Part shown: one piece after another, positions 1 to 8,784 of the stretch
Layout of the letters: each line of letters starts with the position of its first letter
How positions within the stretch are numbered: position 1 is the stretch's first letter
Origin: an uncultured virus (IMG/VR IMGVR_UViG_3300027832_000007)
Taxonomy: Duplodnaviria > Heunggongvirae > Uroviricota > Caudoviricetes
Virus record (IMG/VR): IMGVR_UViG_3300027832_000007
Direction: 5' to 3' (one strand)
Length of the DNA: 64,000 bases
Made by a program: the position numbers and the translations under genes
The notes under the pieces: model-generated
Database searches by the model: none
Told to the model about the DNA's origin: nothing
Seen by the model: the letters and a program-made list of their open reading frames with translations, nothing else

Positions 1-768
1 ACCACCTATAAGCCCTAATTTGGTATCATTTATTACTCCAGTAGCTCCAAGTACTCTTCCAGCTAAAGTAGTTCTTATATCGAAGCTTGTAACTAGACCA
101 CCTTTTGCTAAACCTAATCCTTGACCGCCAACAATGCTTCCAATTACATTAGCTGCCTTGATAGATTCTGAACCACCTAAATTTAATTTACCATAAGTAT
201 CTAAATAACCTTTTATTTGTTGAGTCCAGCCTGGTGGTGAATAAACAAATAAAGCAGAAGAATCAATTTGTTTATCAACATCTAAATATAAATTTTTAAT
301 AACATTGTCTGTCTTGAATGAAGCATTATTTGTTTTAGTTAATATACCATAATTTTTTATGTATTCATCTCCAGCAGCGGTTGGATAATCATATGCACCT
401 ATAGCTACTGTGGCACCCACGAAGTCAACATTACTAATAGTATTTACAAAATTAACTGACTTTAAAGCATTATTTGTTGGTAATAGATTTTTAAATGTAT
501 TCGTTGAAATATTTATTTCTTTCCATAATATACCATTAATCTCTAAGGGTAAACCATTAGGTTTTACAACACTTTGGTTAGGCAACATTGTATCTAATAC
601 TGGTTCTCCTACTTTTGGACTACCATTTATAGTTGTTGCTATTTGTGGGTATAAATTATTAATATTTAACTTCAATAAAAAATCTCTAATTCCATAACCA
701 ACTGTAACACTATTGATAGTATTTTTAGTTGATGGTGATGGTATTGCTGTGTTATAATAAATTGGCAT
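1..768 (-). CDS. Probable virion structural protein downstream of the tape measure gene (partial, runs off the window)
   Basis: Not in the ORF track because it has no stop in the window. ATG at 768 (MPIYYNTAIPSPSTKNTINS...), frame open to position 1, and a GTATTTAT late-type motif at 788-795. Confidence 0.7.
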   Translation of the reverse strand, partial: MPIYYNTAIPSPSTKNTINSVTVGYGIRDFLLKLNINNLYPQIATTINGSPKVGEPVLDTMLPNQSVVKPNGLPLEINGILWKEINISTNTFKNLLPTNNALKSVNFVNTISNVDFVGATVAIGAYDYPTAAGDEYIKNYGILTKTNNASFKTDNVIKNLYLDVDKQIDSSALFVYSPPGWTQQIKGYLDTYGKLNLGGSESIKAANVIGSIVGGQGLGLAKGGLVTSFDIRTTLAGRVLGATGVINDTKLGLIGG

Positions 769-880
769 ATTATTTTAGTATTTATATATAAATACTAAAA
801 TAATATAAATTTTATTAAAATAAATGTTTATATATTAAAAAAAGGTTATATCTAACTCCTTAATTAAAAAAAAAAGTAAA

Positions 881-933
881 TATATTATTTATATATTATT
901 TATATATTATTTATATATTATTTATATATTATA
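881..933. repeat. Tandem 11-bp repeat (TATATTATTTA) x4 plus a partial copy, in an AT-rich intergenic region
   Basis: Copies at 881, 892, 903 and 914, with a partial copy at 925. Confidence 0.9.
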
Positions 934-947
934 AGCAATTCAACATG

Positions 948-978
948 CAAAAGTACTATTTTAATTGCGCATTGTCAA
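948..978 (-). promoter_or_regulatory. Host-type promoter TTGACA-N17-TACTTTTG
   Basis: Minus strand has TTGACA (978-973), a 17-nt spacer, then TACTTTTG (955-948), which also fits the Bacteroidota -7 consensus TAnnTTTG. Confidence 0.6.
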
Positions 979-1033
979 TAAATAAATCGTTTATTTTTAA
1001 ATTAATTTATAAACTACTGATAATCAACTAATT

Positions 1034-3607
1034 TTATCCTCTTGGCTTTCCTTGATTCATATTTTTTATTGTTTCTTCTTGAACTAACCTGGTAATTTTT
1101 CTTCTAGCAGACTCATCTAATTCAATTTTTTGAACACCACTTCCAGTATCTAACTTAATAGTACCGTTTATAGTTATGTTACCAAATTCAATCTTCATAG
1201 TTCCATTATTCGTAGACCCACCCTTACTTTTAGTATCTTTACTATAAGGAACACCTACGCTAGACTCACTCATATTACCATACCTACTTAAACTAGACGA
1301 TATGCTACCACTTGGTTTAAGTTCCCTACTCATATTTTTAGTATCTATATTAGGTGAAACAGCCACACCATCACCAGCATGTGTTATAGCCATATTACCA
1401 TATTTATCTGAAATAGTAAAAGGTCCATTACCTGGGCTAGCTATACCATCTTCAACCTTCTGAACACCTTTCTTATCAGTACCCACCCAATCACCAATAG
1501 CCTTACCAGCCATAGAACCCAACGCAGCACCTATCGCTGTTCCTACGCCAGGTATTGGAATAAAACTTCCCAATATACCACCCAATATACCACCAGCAGT
1601 TGAACCTATATCTCCAGCAATAGTATCATCATTACCAAGAGCTGAAGATATTTTACCACCAGCATAATCACCAAGCATACCAGCACCTAAAGTTGCGGCA
1701 CCAGTAGCCATTTTAGCAGCACCAAACGCTAACTTAGTCCCAGTTCGACCCACTTTAGGTAACATTTTCTTAGCAAAACTAGTCTTACCACCTTTACCAA
1801 AAGTTGCCTTATCCATCATTGAATCTCCACCAACACCTAATCCACCTGCACTTGCACCAGCATTAAAACCCTTAGATAATAAAATACCATTCTTAAACCA
1901 TTTAACACTATCCCACATTCCACCAAGTACACTAAAAATTGTTGGTGCTAATTTTGCTGTTAAATATGTTAAACCAGCAGTGATAGGGTTATCAATTATC
2001 CAACCACCTAAAGCTGTAACTAAAGTACCAATTTTTGATGCAAAATATTCAATTTTTTCACCAAACCCACCCTTAGCTGAAAATGTATCACCAAAATGTT
2101 GAAGTTTAGGTACTAATTTATCATTTATCATCTGAACAAGAGGTAATATAGATACTTTAATTTGATTAATTAAATTAGTAACTGTCTCATCAAATGTTTG
2201 AGCTTGAATAGCCATCTCTTTATTTGTTTCTGTCTGTTTAATCTGTGCGTTAATAGCATCACCATCTTGTTTAGATAATTGATTCAAAAATTTAGGTTCA
2301 CCGCCAATTAAAATTTTACCCTTACCATTTTTATCTAAGGTAGCTGTATTTGTTAAGAACTCTTCTTGTTCTGGTGTCATTTCAAATGACACTTGCGTTT
2401 TAAGTTTTGCAAATTTAGCTGCATTCTTACCAGCAACAACCAAATCATCATAAGCTAAACCAGTCTGTTCAGCAATTATCTTCAACCTATGCATCTCTTT
2501 AGCTTGTAAATCAAACTCTCCAGTCTTATTGTTAAATTGTGCTGAAGCAGAAGCGGCATTAGCTATCTCTTTAGTTAAACCCTCCATATCATTACGAGCT
2601 TGATACATTAATTTGAATGGGTCAGCCATGTTAGCCCATTGACCACCCATAACAGATAATTGAGCCGACATATCGATAGCACCTTCAACATCCCAAAGTT
2701 TATCTGAAAAACTAGAAGCAAATTCCATATCAACACCCAATTTAGCTACTGTACTAGCCATACTAGCTAAACCTTTAACACCATCTTTGAAATTATACTT
2801 GTTAAGCATTTTCATATTATTGGTAATATTCTTAACAACCTTAGAAGCATTTAAACCCATTCTATGAGCATCATTCATAGTATCATTAATAAAACTAGAT
2901 GTTCGTTCAGCAGATAACCCTTGATTCTCCATAGAAGCAGCTAGTCTAGCAGCACCTTCAGCACCTAAACCAGTTGCAGCTGCCATTTCACCCATAGCAA
3001 CTAAACCTTTCTCACCCAATAATACACTCCTACCTAATTCATCACTATAAACACCTTGCATTTGAGCTAATTCTTCAACACCAACACCAATCATATTGGT
3101 CTGTTTACCAGCACTAACAATAGAACTTCTAAACGAATCAGCTTGTTTACTAAAAATACCCATGGATAAAGCAGTAGACTTTATTGATTTCTCCATTTGG
3201 AATAATCCAGAACCTTTAATATCGTTAAAACCCTTTTTAAAAAATTCAACACCCTTAACCAAACCCTTAGCTGAAGAAGCGAAAGCTTTTGCACTAACAA
3301 TATTTAATTTATTAACTGTTTTTAAAGCATCACCATATAACTTAACTTGTTCAGTTAATTTTTTATTTTGATGGACTATTATATCTAACTTATCTTGTGC
3401 TAATTTTTTTTCATTAGCTGATTTTGAAGGGTTATTAATAATGGCATTAAGTTCTTTTTGAATAGCTAAATTACTATTTATAGTATCTTGTAATACTTTA
3501 TATTTTTTAACATTTTCAATATAAGATTCATAATTTGAGTTAACTTCTGCCTGTAACTGTGCTTGTTTTTCCAACAATCTAACAGCTGCTTCTAATTTTT
3601 TTGACAT
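1034..3607 (-). CDS. Tail tape measure protein
   Basis: 857 aa, Ala/Met/Gly-rich and helical, with coiled-coil N-terminus and Gly-rich hydrophobic C-terminal segment (GILGGILGSFIPIPGVGTAIGAALG). Lies downstream of tube and chaperone genes. Confidence 0.8.
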   Translation of the reverse strand: MSKKLEAAVRLLEKQAQLQAEVNSNYESYIENVKKYKVLQDTINSNLAIQKELNAIINNPSKSANEKKLAQDKLDIIVHQNKKLTEQVKLYGDALKTVNKLNIVSAKAFASSAKGLVKGVEFFKKGFNDIKGSGLFQMEKSIKSTALSMGIFSKQADSFRSSIVSAGKQTNMIGVGVEELAQMQGVYSDELGRSVLLGEKGLVAMGEMAAATGLGAEGAARLAASMENQGLSAERTSSFINDTMNDAHRMGLNASKVVKNITNNMKMLNKYNFKDGVKGLASMASTVAKLGVDMEFASSFSDKLWDVEGAIDMSAQLSVMGGQWANMADPFKLMYQARNDMEGLTKEIANAASASAQFNNKTGEFDLQAKEMHRLKIIAEQTGLAYDDLVVAGKNAAKFAKLKTQVSFEMTPEQEEFLTNTATLDKNGKGKILIGGEPKFLNQLSKQDGDAINAQIKQTETNKEMAIQAQTFDETVTNLINQIKVSILPLVQMINDKLVPKLQHFGDTFSAKGGFGEKIEYFASKIGTLVTALGGWIIDNPITAGLTYLTAKLAPTIFSVLGGMWDSVKWFKNGILLSKGFNAGASAGGLGVGGDSMMDKATFGKGGKTSFAKKMLPKVGRTGTKLAFGAAKMATGAATLGAGMLGDYAGGKISSALGNDDTIAGDIGSTAGGILGGILGSFIPIPGVGTAIGAALGSMAGKAIGDWVGTDKKGVQKVEDGIASPGNGPFTISDKYGNMAITHAGDGVAVSPNIDTKNMSRELKPSGSISSSLSRYGNMSESSVGVPYSKDTKSKGGSTNNGTMKIEFGNITINGTIKLDTGSGVQKIELDESARRKITRLVQEETIKNMNQGKPRG

Positions 3608-3612
3608 AATTT

Positions 3613-5082
3613 TTATTTATTTTCTTTTGTGTTATAACCTTGTGAATCTAAAAATCTAATATAAACATTTTCTTCTGTAGACGTTTTACTTGTATTTTCT
3701 AGATAATATATTTTAATTATATCACACAAAAATATATTCTTTTGGTCGGTTGGTTCCTTTACTACTATTTTAAAACCCATAGAACCATTTTGTAAGACTT
3801 TATTTTTTTGAGTTAAATCATCATCAAAACTAAATCTTTTAACCGTTACAGCATAATCACCTTCGTATATTTCACCAGATTTAAGTGTAAAATCTGTTGG
3901 TTCACCTTTTTTGTTATAATATCTTATAGATACTGATTCTTGAGGTTCAAATGAAACTTTACCACCAACACTAAAATTATTACCCACCCTATCAGATACT
4001 GATTTATCAGCATACCTACCAATTAAATTTAATGTTGGCACAATTCCAGTACCAGTAGCTTTACCACCTTCAAGTTCAGCTTTTAATAGTTTCCAAAAAT
4101 TTGGTCGAGTATAAAATGCTGCTTGTAATGTTTTATCTTTAGCTAACATCTCAACAGTCACATCAACAGCTTTCTTACGTTTTTCCTCATCATTAGTATA
4201 ATCTTTTTCTGATTCCTCCTCTTCTGGTTCATTAACATCTTCACATGTTTTAATATATTCAATGTCTTTAATATTTGTTAAATTAATAATATTAATTTTT
4301 TGTGAAGTCCTAACTTCCACATTTACTGTTAAAAATTTATTATCTGAACTATACCAGTTTCTCTTATTTAATTCATATAAAGAATCTTCACCTTCATTAT
4401 CATTTAAATCACCATTAATTTTAAATACAAATGTATCACCCTTAAGATTATTAGTATTATCCGAAATTATCTGAGTTACATAAACACCATTTGATACATT
4501 ATAACAACAAAAATCTATATCACCTTCAGTTGTTATAAATTTAATACCATTACCAGTTTTAACTTTTGATAAAAGCATATATAAAACTTCGTCAATACTT
4601 GTAATTAAATTTTCTGAAGTTTCATATTCTTTATCGTCTTGGTTATCTTTATCGTCTTGGTTATCTTTATTATCTTTAAGATTACCAGTCGAATCTACTT
4701 CTTTATTATTTCTAAATAATTCGATAGAATTAACATCCCAAGTTTGTTTTTTACCATCCTTAATAATCTCACCAATATCCATTTTATTGGTATCTGAAAT
4801 CTTATTTTTATGTAAAAATGAAATGTTTAATTTATCAGAAACTAGAGATGTTGACGTAATAGCAAATCTATAATTTTTATAAACTCCAGTATCAATATTA
4901 TCCATTAGTATTTGACCACCTATAGAGTCTAACACATTAAAATTTAACACATTATTCTTCCAATCTATCTTTATCGTATCACCTTTTATTGCATCATTAA
5001 TAACCTCAACGAAAGAACCTTCTAATAAAAGTCCTCTTAGATTACTATATTGTGCTTCTGTTATTATTAGTTTTTTACTCAT
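3613..5082 (-). CDS. Hypothetical late protein with KKLIITE-type N-terminal leader
   Basis: 489 aa ORF with own ATATTTAT motif (5101-5108). Its leader resembles that of ORF 10247-10615. Confidence 0.7.
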   Translation of the reverse strand: MSKKLIITEAQYSNLRGLLLEGSFVEVINDAIKGDTIKIDWKNNVLNFNVLDSIGGQILMDNIDTGVYKNYRFAITSTSLVSDKLNISFLHKNKISDTNKMDIGEIIKDGKKQTWDVNSIELFRNNKEVDSTGNLKDNKDNQDDKDNQDDKEYETSENLITSIDEVLYMLLSKVKTGNGIKFITTEGDIDFCCYNVSNGVYVTQIISDNTNNLKGDTFVFKINGDLNDNEGEDSLYELNKRNWYSSDNKFLTVNVEVRTSQKINIINLTNIKDIEYIKTCEDVNEPEEEESEKDYTNDEEKRKKAVDVTVEMLAKDKTLQAAFYTRPNFWKLLKAELEGGKATGTGIVPTLNLIGRYADKSVSDRVGNNFSVGGKVSFEPQESVSIRYYNKKGEPTDFTLKSGEIYEGDYAVTVKRFSFDDDLTQKNKVLQNGSMGFKIVVKEPTDQKNIFLCDIIKIYYLENTSKTSTEENVYIRFLDSQGYNTKENK

Positions 5083-5118
5083 CTCTCAAAAATCTTTATT
5101 ATAAATATAGGATAAAAC

Positions 5119-5148
5119 AAAAATACCTACAATAAAGTAGGCATTTTT
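5119..5148 (-). terminator. Intrinsic terminator after the chaperone genes
   Basis: Hairpin ata-cctac/gtagg-cat flanked by A and T runs. Confidence 0.6.
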
Positions 5149-5149
5149 A

Positions 5150-5434
5150 TTATGATAACGGTAAGTCACCTCTATTAATTCTAGATTTAAGTGCGTCACC
5201 ACTAACGGTTGTTGTTCTATTTCCTTTAGAACCATTAGTTTTTGTCTGCTCTTTATTTCTTTCTACTTTCTCTTCTCTTTCACCAGCTTCTCTAGTTAAC
5301 ATACCTATAAAGAATCTTCTCTCATAAGTAGGCATACTAAGAACATCATTATATGTGAATCCCTTTAAGTACTGAGTACAAATATAAATCTCCTCAAGTA
5401 AGGGAACTTTATAGGCTATAGTTAGGCCAAAAAA
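5150..5434 (-). CDS. gp51/gpT-like tail assembly chaperone segment, probably reached by frameshift from the upstream ORF
   Basis: Frame is open from the T7 run at 5435-5429: FFGLTIAYKVPLLEEIYICTQYLKGFTYNDVLSMPTYERRFFIGML. The conserved-looking part lies upstream of the first ATG (5335). Confidence 0.65.
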   Translation of the reverse strand, partial: FFGLTIAYKVPLLEEIYICTQYLKGFTYNDVLSMPTYERRFFIGMLTREAGEREEKVERNKEQTKTNGSKGNRTTTVSGDALKSRINRGDLPLS

Positions 5435-6686
5435 AGTTGAAGTTAAGTGGAAGAAACGTACTAATGGACCCTCCCCCTGGAGTCCCGATATTGATATTCA
5501 AATCAATACCACTTTCAACATTAGCATAATAAGTATTGAATGCTTTAGCATCACCAACCCTCATAGAATTAACGAATTCCCTAATATTACTCTTATTTCC
5601 ATCACCATTAACTTCAACAACCATACGCTCTAATCTATAAGTTGTTGCATTATTAACTATCTTATTTTTAAGCGTATCATCTTCAACCATAGAGTCAATA
5701 TTATCAACATCACCACACGTTAATAATTTGAATTTAAGTCGGGTCTTAGTTATAGGTAAAATAAAGTCAAAATATCCATTCTCGTCTGGTTCAGCACCCA
5801 ATTTTTTTGTTTTTAAATCATTAAGATTAACTTCTGTTTCAAAAGGCTCACTCAACTCATCTAAAAGAGTTACTGGATACATCTCACCATAACCAGTAGC
5901 TCTCAACCAAATCATTATAGCATTTCTATCACCAATTGTTAAATCTTTATATCTTAACTCTGGTTCCAAAATTTTTCGATTAATAAGAATTTCTAAAAAT
6001 TCACCACTCTCTAATAAATTTGGGGAAGTAAGTATATTTTCATCAGCAGTGGTCATATAAGCCACTCTAATGTTAGCTTTTCTATTTCTGTACACTTTAC
6101 CTTCAGAAGGTAATGGGATAACGTCAAACGGTGCATTATAGTTTGGTTGACTTATCTCCAATATGTATGGGTCCACACTAGAAGGACTCTTACTATGATT
6201 ATCACCATTATTAACTGTAGGTGGTGTCACTGTCGGTGATGTCACTGGTACTTGATTAGTATTATCCATATTTTTAATTGGGTTATTTAATTGAGACATT
6301 GATGCCTCACTTTGTTCATGATATATTCTTGTAGCCTCTTGATTTTTACGTAATTGTTCATCACGCAATCTCATCTGTTCCTCAATTACATCAGGTGAAG
6401 GTTGTTTAAATACTTTTGAACCACCTTTTTCAGCTAATTCTGGATGTATAACAACACCTTTAGTATCACGATTTAATAGTTGTTCCGCTGTTCTTTTTTG
6501 CATTTGCTCAACAGCCGTCATATGTTCTTGTGGTGTATCATCTAATGATGATGCACTAACATATATCTCTTTCGTAGCAGCTTCTTTTTCAGCATTGAAT
6601 GCAGCTATTTTTTGTTGCTCCGTTAAATTAACTTCATTCGAACCTACATTTACGCTAGTAGGGAATACTTTTGGTTTTTCACTCAT
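5409..6686 (-). CDS. T4 gp26-like baseplate hub/tail assembly chaperone with long N-terminal extension
   Basis: PFDVIPLPSEGKVY...MTTADENIL...DRNAIMIWLRATGYG...FFWP motifs, positioned between tube and tape measure genes. Confidence 0.75.
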   Translation of the reverse strand: MSEKPKVFPTSVNVGSNEVNLTEQQKIAAFNAEKEAATKEIYVSASSLDDTPQEHMTAVEQMQKRTAEQLLNRDTKGVVIHPELAEKGGSKVFKQPSPDVIEEQMRLRDEQLRKNQEATRIYHEQSEASMSQLNNPIKNMDNTNQVPVTSPTVTPPTVNNGDNHSKSPSSVDPYILEISQPNYNAPFDVIPLPSEGKVYRNRKANIRVAYMTTADENILTSPNLLESGEFLEILINRKILEPELRYKDLTIGDRNAIMIWLRATGYGEMYPVTLLDELSEPFETEVNLNDLKTKKLGAEPDENGYFDFILPITKTRLKFKLLTCGDVDNIDSMVEDDTLKNKIVNNATTYRLERMVVEVNGDGNKSNIREFVNSMRVGDAKAFNTYYANVESGIDLNINIGTPGGGSISTFLPLNFNFFWPNYSL

Positions 6687-6743
6687 ATAAAACTGATTTT
6701 AATTAAATATATGACTAAAAATTTTTTTAGTAAATAATACAAT

Positions 6744-6772
6744 AAAAAAAACCACCCATAAGAGTGGTTTTT
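6744..6772 (-). terminator. Intrinsic terminator
   Basis: aaaaaccac-ccataaga-gtggttttt hairpin with A8 run, just after ORF 6794-7150. Confidence 0.7.
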
Positions 6773-6793
6773 AAATTTTATATAGATTATTTA

Positions 6794-7150
6794 CTAATAG
6801 TCAGCTCCAGTTCCATCCTTAAATTTAGAATTTACAGAAAATCTTTGATTAAAAGCCTTTAATATTTCGCCCAAATTACGATTAGCGATAGCCTTATCTA
6901 AAACACCTAAACCTATATAAGGGTCAACTATATCAGCAATATTTTTAATTATAGCTTTTAACGCATCTTCATTCTTGTTCAAATCCTTTTCATTATTTTC
7001 TTTTATTGACATATGATTGTCACCAAAACCAATTTGTGTTTCATCAACTCCATCTAACGATTCATTGACAATACCTTTTGATTCTAAGTATCTATTCTCA
7101 ATTATTAAGTTAATTTTCCTAAGGTTTTTTAATTTATCTGATTTTCTCAT
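6794..7150 (-). CDS. Small late protein, leader-paralog A (118 aa)
   Basis: Start moved to 7150 (MRKSDKLKNLRKINLIIENRYLESKG) because the ATATTTAT motif at 7164-7171 lies inside the longer track ORF and the N-terminus aligns with ORF 7220-7846. Confidence 0.7.
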   Translation of the reverse strand: MRKSDKLKNLRKINLIIENRYLESKGIVNESLDGVDETQIGFGDNHMSIKENNEKDLNKNEDALKAIIKNIADIVDPYIGLGVLDKAIANRNLGEILKAFNQRFSVNSKFKDGTGADY

Positions 7151-7219
7151 ATTAATTTTTATTATAAATATTTTAAACATAAAAAAACACTCGTTAAAGT
7201 AGTTTTTTTATCTTTTATT

Positions 7220-7846
7220 TTAATTTTCATTTTTACCAGAAGGATTATGTTCAATGAATTCACTCATTTTTTTAAATACTTCCTCTCCGTTGTCTACTCC
7301 CGTTCTAACATCTATCATATCATGATAATCATTAATAAACATCTTATTTTTTTGTGGGCCGTCTTTATCTAAATAATAAATAACTTGACCACCAACAGCC
7401 TTCCTATTCTCACCCTCACGCTTATCCAATCCAAAAAAATACTTAATAGAATTTTTAGATTCGTCTATATTTTTTAATTCACCAACATTATACGCACCAT
7501 CCTTAAGAAGAAATGTTATAAATTCTAAATCAGTAAATTTATATTCTTCATTTAAATGTTCAAAATTTTTATAATCTTCATATAATCTTACAAGTTCGGA
7601 ATATTTTTCAATCATTTTTGCATGTCTATCTGGGTAATCATTTTTCAACCTAGCTAACAAGTCTCCAACACCACTTTTATTATACGGTGTACCGTTTTTT
7701 ATTTTTTCAAATGCGTCATTTATCAATCCAATCAAAACATCTTCAGTTGTTTGGTTTTCAGTAACAAAACCTTTAGATTTAAGGTACCTTTGTTCCGTTA
7801 ATAAATTAACCCTAGCTAAATTCTTTTGTTTATCAAATCTTCTCAT
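7220..7846 (-). CDS. Late protein, leader-paralog B (208 aa)
   Basis: N-terminus MRRFDKQKNLARVNLLTEQRYLKSKG. The 27 bp around the start is identical to paralog A. Confidence 0.75.
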   Translation of the reverse strand: MRRFDKQKNLARVNLLTEQRYLKSKGFVTENQTTEDVLIGLINDAFEKIKNGTPYNKSGVGDLLARLKNDYPDRHAKMIEKYSELVRLYEDYKNFEHLNEEYKFTDLEFITFLLKDGAYNVGELKNIDESKNSIKYFFGLDKREGENRKAVGGQVIYYLDKDGPQKNKMFINDYHDMIDVRTGVDNGEEVFKKMSEFIEHNPSGKNEN

Positions 7847-7879
7847 ATTAATTTTTATTATAAATATCTTTATTAAATG

Positions 7880-7906
7880 AAAAAACCACTCTCTAGAGTG
7901 GTTTTT
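7880..7906 (-). terminator. Intrinsic terminator
   Basis: aaaaaccactc-tcta-gagtggttttt perfect hairpin, same stem family as 6744-6772. Confidence 0.75.
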
Positions 7907-7921
7907 ATATTTAATATTTTA

Positions 7922-8089
7922 TTATATACCTAATTCATGTTTCAATCTACTAATAACTTCATCTGGATTATTATTTATATCTGTTTTCCAAAATCTTAAT
8001 AATTTAATATTGTTATCACTAGCAATTTTATTTTTTATAATATCATTATTAACTGTTTTAATTTAAATTGGATATATTGGTGCGTCGTC
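7922..8089 (-). pseudogene. Remnant C-terminus of a Vsr/DUF559-type endonuclease
   Basis: Translates DDAPIYPI*IKTVNNDIIKNKIASDNNIKLLRFWKTDINNNPDEVISRLKHELGI*. The ND..K...A...LLRFW..DI pattern is typical of this family. In-frame TAA at 8063-8065 and no start codon. Confidence 0.65.
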
Positions 8090-8197
8090 TAACTGAATAT
8101 AACGTTTCGAATTATATATCACATTCTTCACAAACTACCATTAAATACACTAAATAAATCTTTATAAGCCAAGCTTTTGATAAAGCTTTTTAATAAA

Positions 8198-8686
8198 TTA
8201 AAATAATAATATAGCTCTATCGAATCTCATAGTAGCTGTTATTTCAGCAATACCATCATCATCCATAGATAAGTCACCGAATCCAACATTTGTTAACATT
8301 GTACCATCTAATAACCATTTTTCAATAACAACTCCAGTAGGGTCAAGCATTTCTAATTCAACTGGACGTTTATAACCAGCAGCATAACCTTGACGACCTG
8401 TAATTGATTCTGAATGTAAACGAACCCACTCCATTATAGCTTGTGCAGCAGAAGGACCAATAGGGTCTCTAAAGGTTACATCGATAGTTTCCCAAGTAAA
8501 CCTACCTATTACCCATGTAGAAGTGTTTAAGAAAGGAATCTCAACTTCATTTTGTGTTATTGAAGGTCTAGATGCGGAAGACAACCACCATTGTTGGATA
8601 CCTAAATCTGCTGGAAAAGTAATTAGCCAACGATTCTTCTTCTTAGGTTCGTATGGTAAGGGCATTTTCATTAATAAATCTGACAT
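8198..8686 (-). CDS. Tail tube protein (T4 gp19-like)
   Basis: 162 aa with YEPKKKNRW, RPS, GRFTWETIDVTFRDPI, MEWVRL and LDPTGVVIEKWLL motifs. Lies downstream of the sheath gene. Confidence 0.9.
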   Translation of the reverse strand: MSDLLMKMPLPYEPKKKNRWLITFPADLGIQQWWLSSASRPSITQNEVEIPFLNTSTWVIGRFTWETIDVTFRDPIGPSAAQAIMEWVRLHSESITGRQGYAAGYKRPVELEMLDPTGVVIEKWLLDGTMLTNVGFGDLSMDDDGIAEITATMRFDRAILLF

Positions 8687-8784
8687 ATCTTATTGTTTTT
8701 TAAAAATTAATTAGTACCTTAGCACTAATTATTGTTATGTGTTTATTATAAATATCACAATATATAAAAAAATAAGAATTTATT

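Noticed and set aside
4628..4670. 18-bp tandem repeat encoding DNQDDK
   Set aside because: Simple low-complexity linker duplication within a CDS.
8220..8232. 13-bp match tcgaatctcatag between the tube 3' end and the nuclease 3' end (10741-10753)
   Set aside because: Short, encodes a common MRF tripeptide, and is plausible by chance. Noted only because it lies a few bases from the 41-bp repeat.
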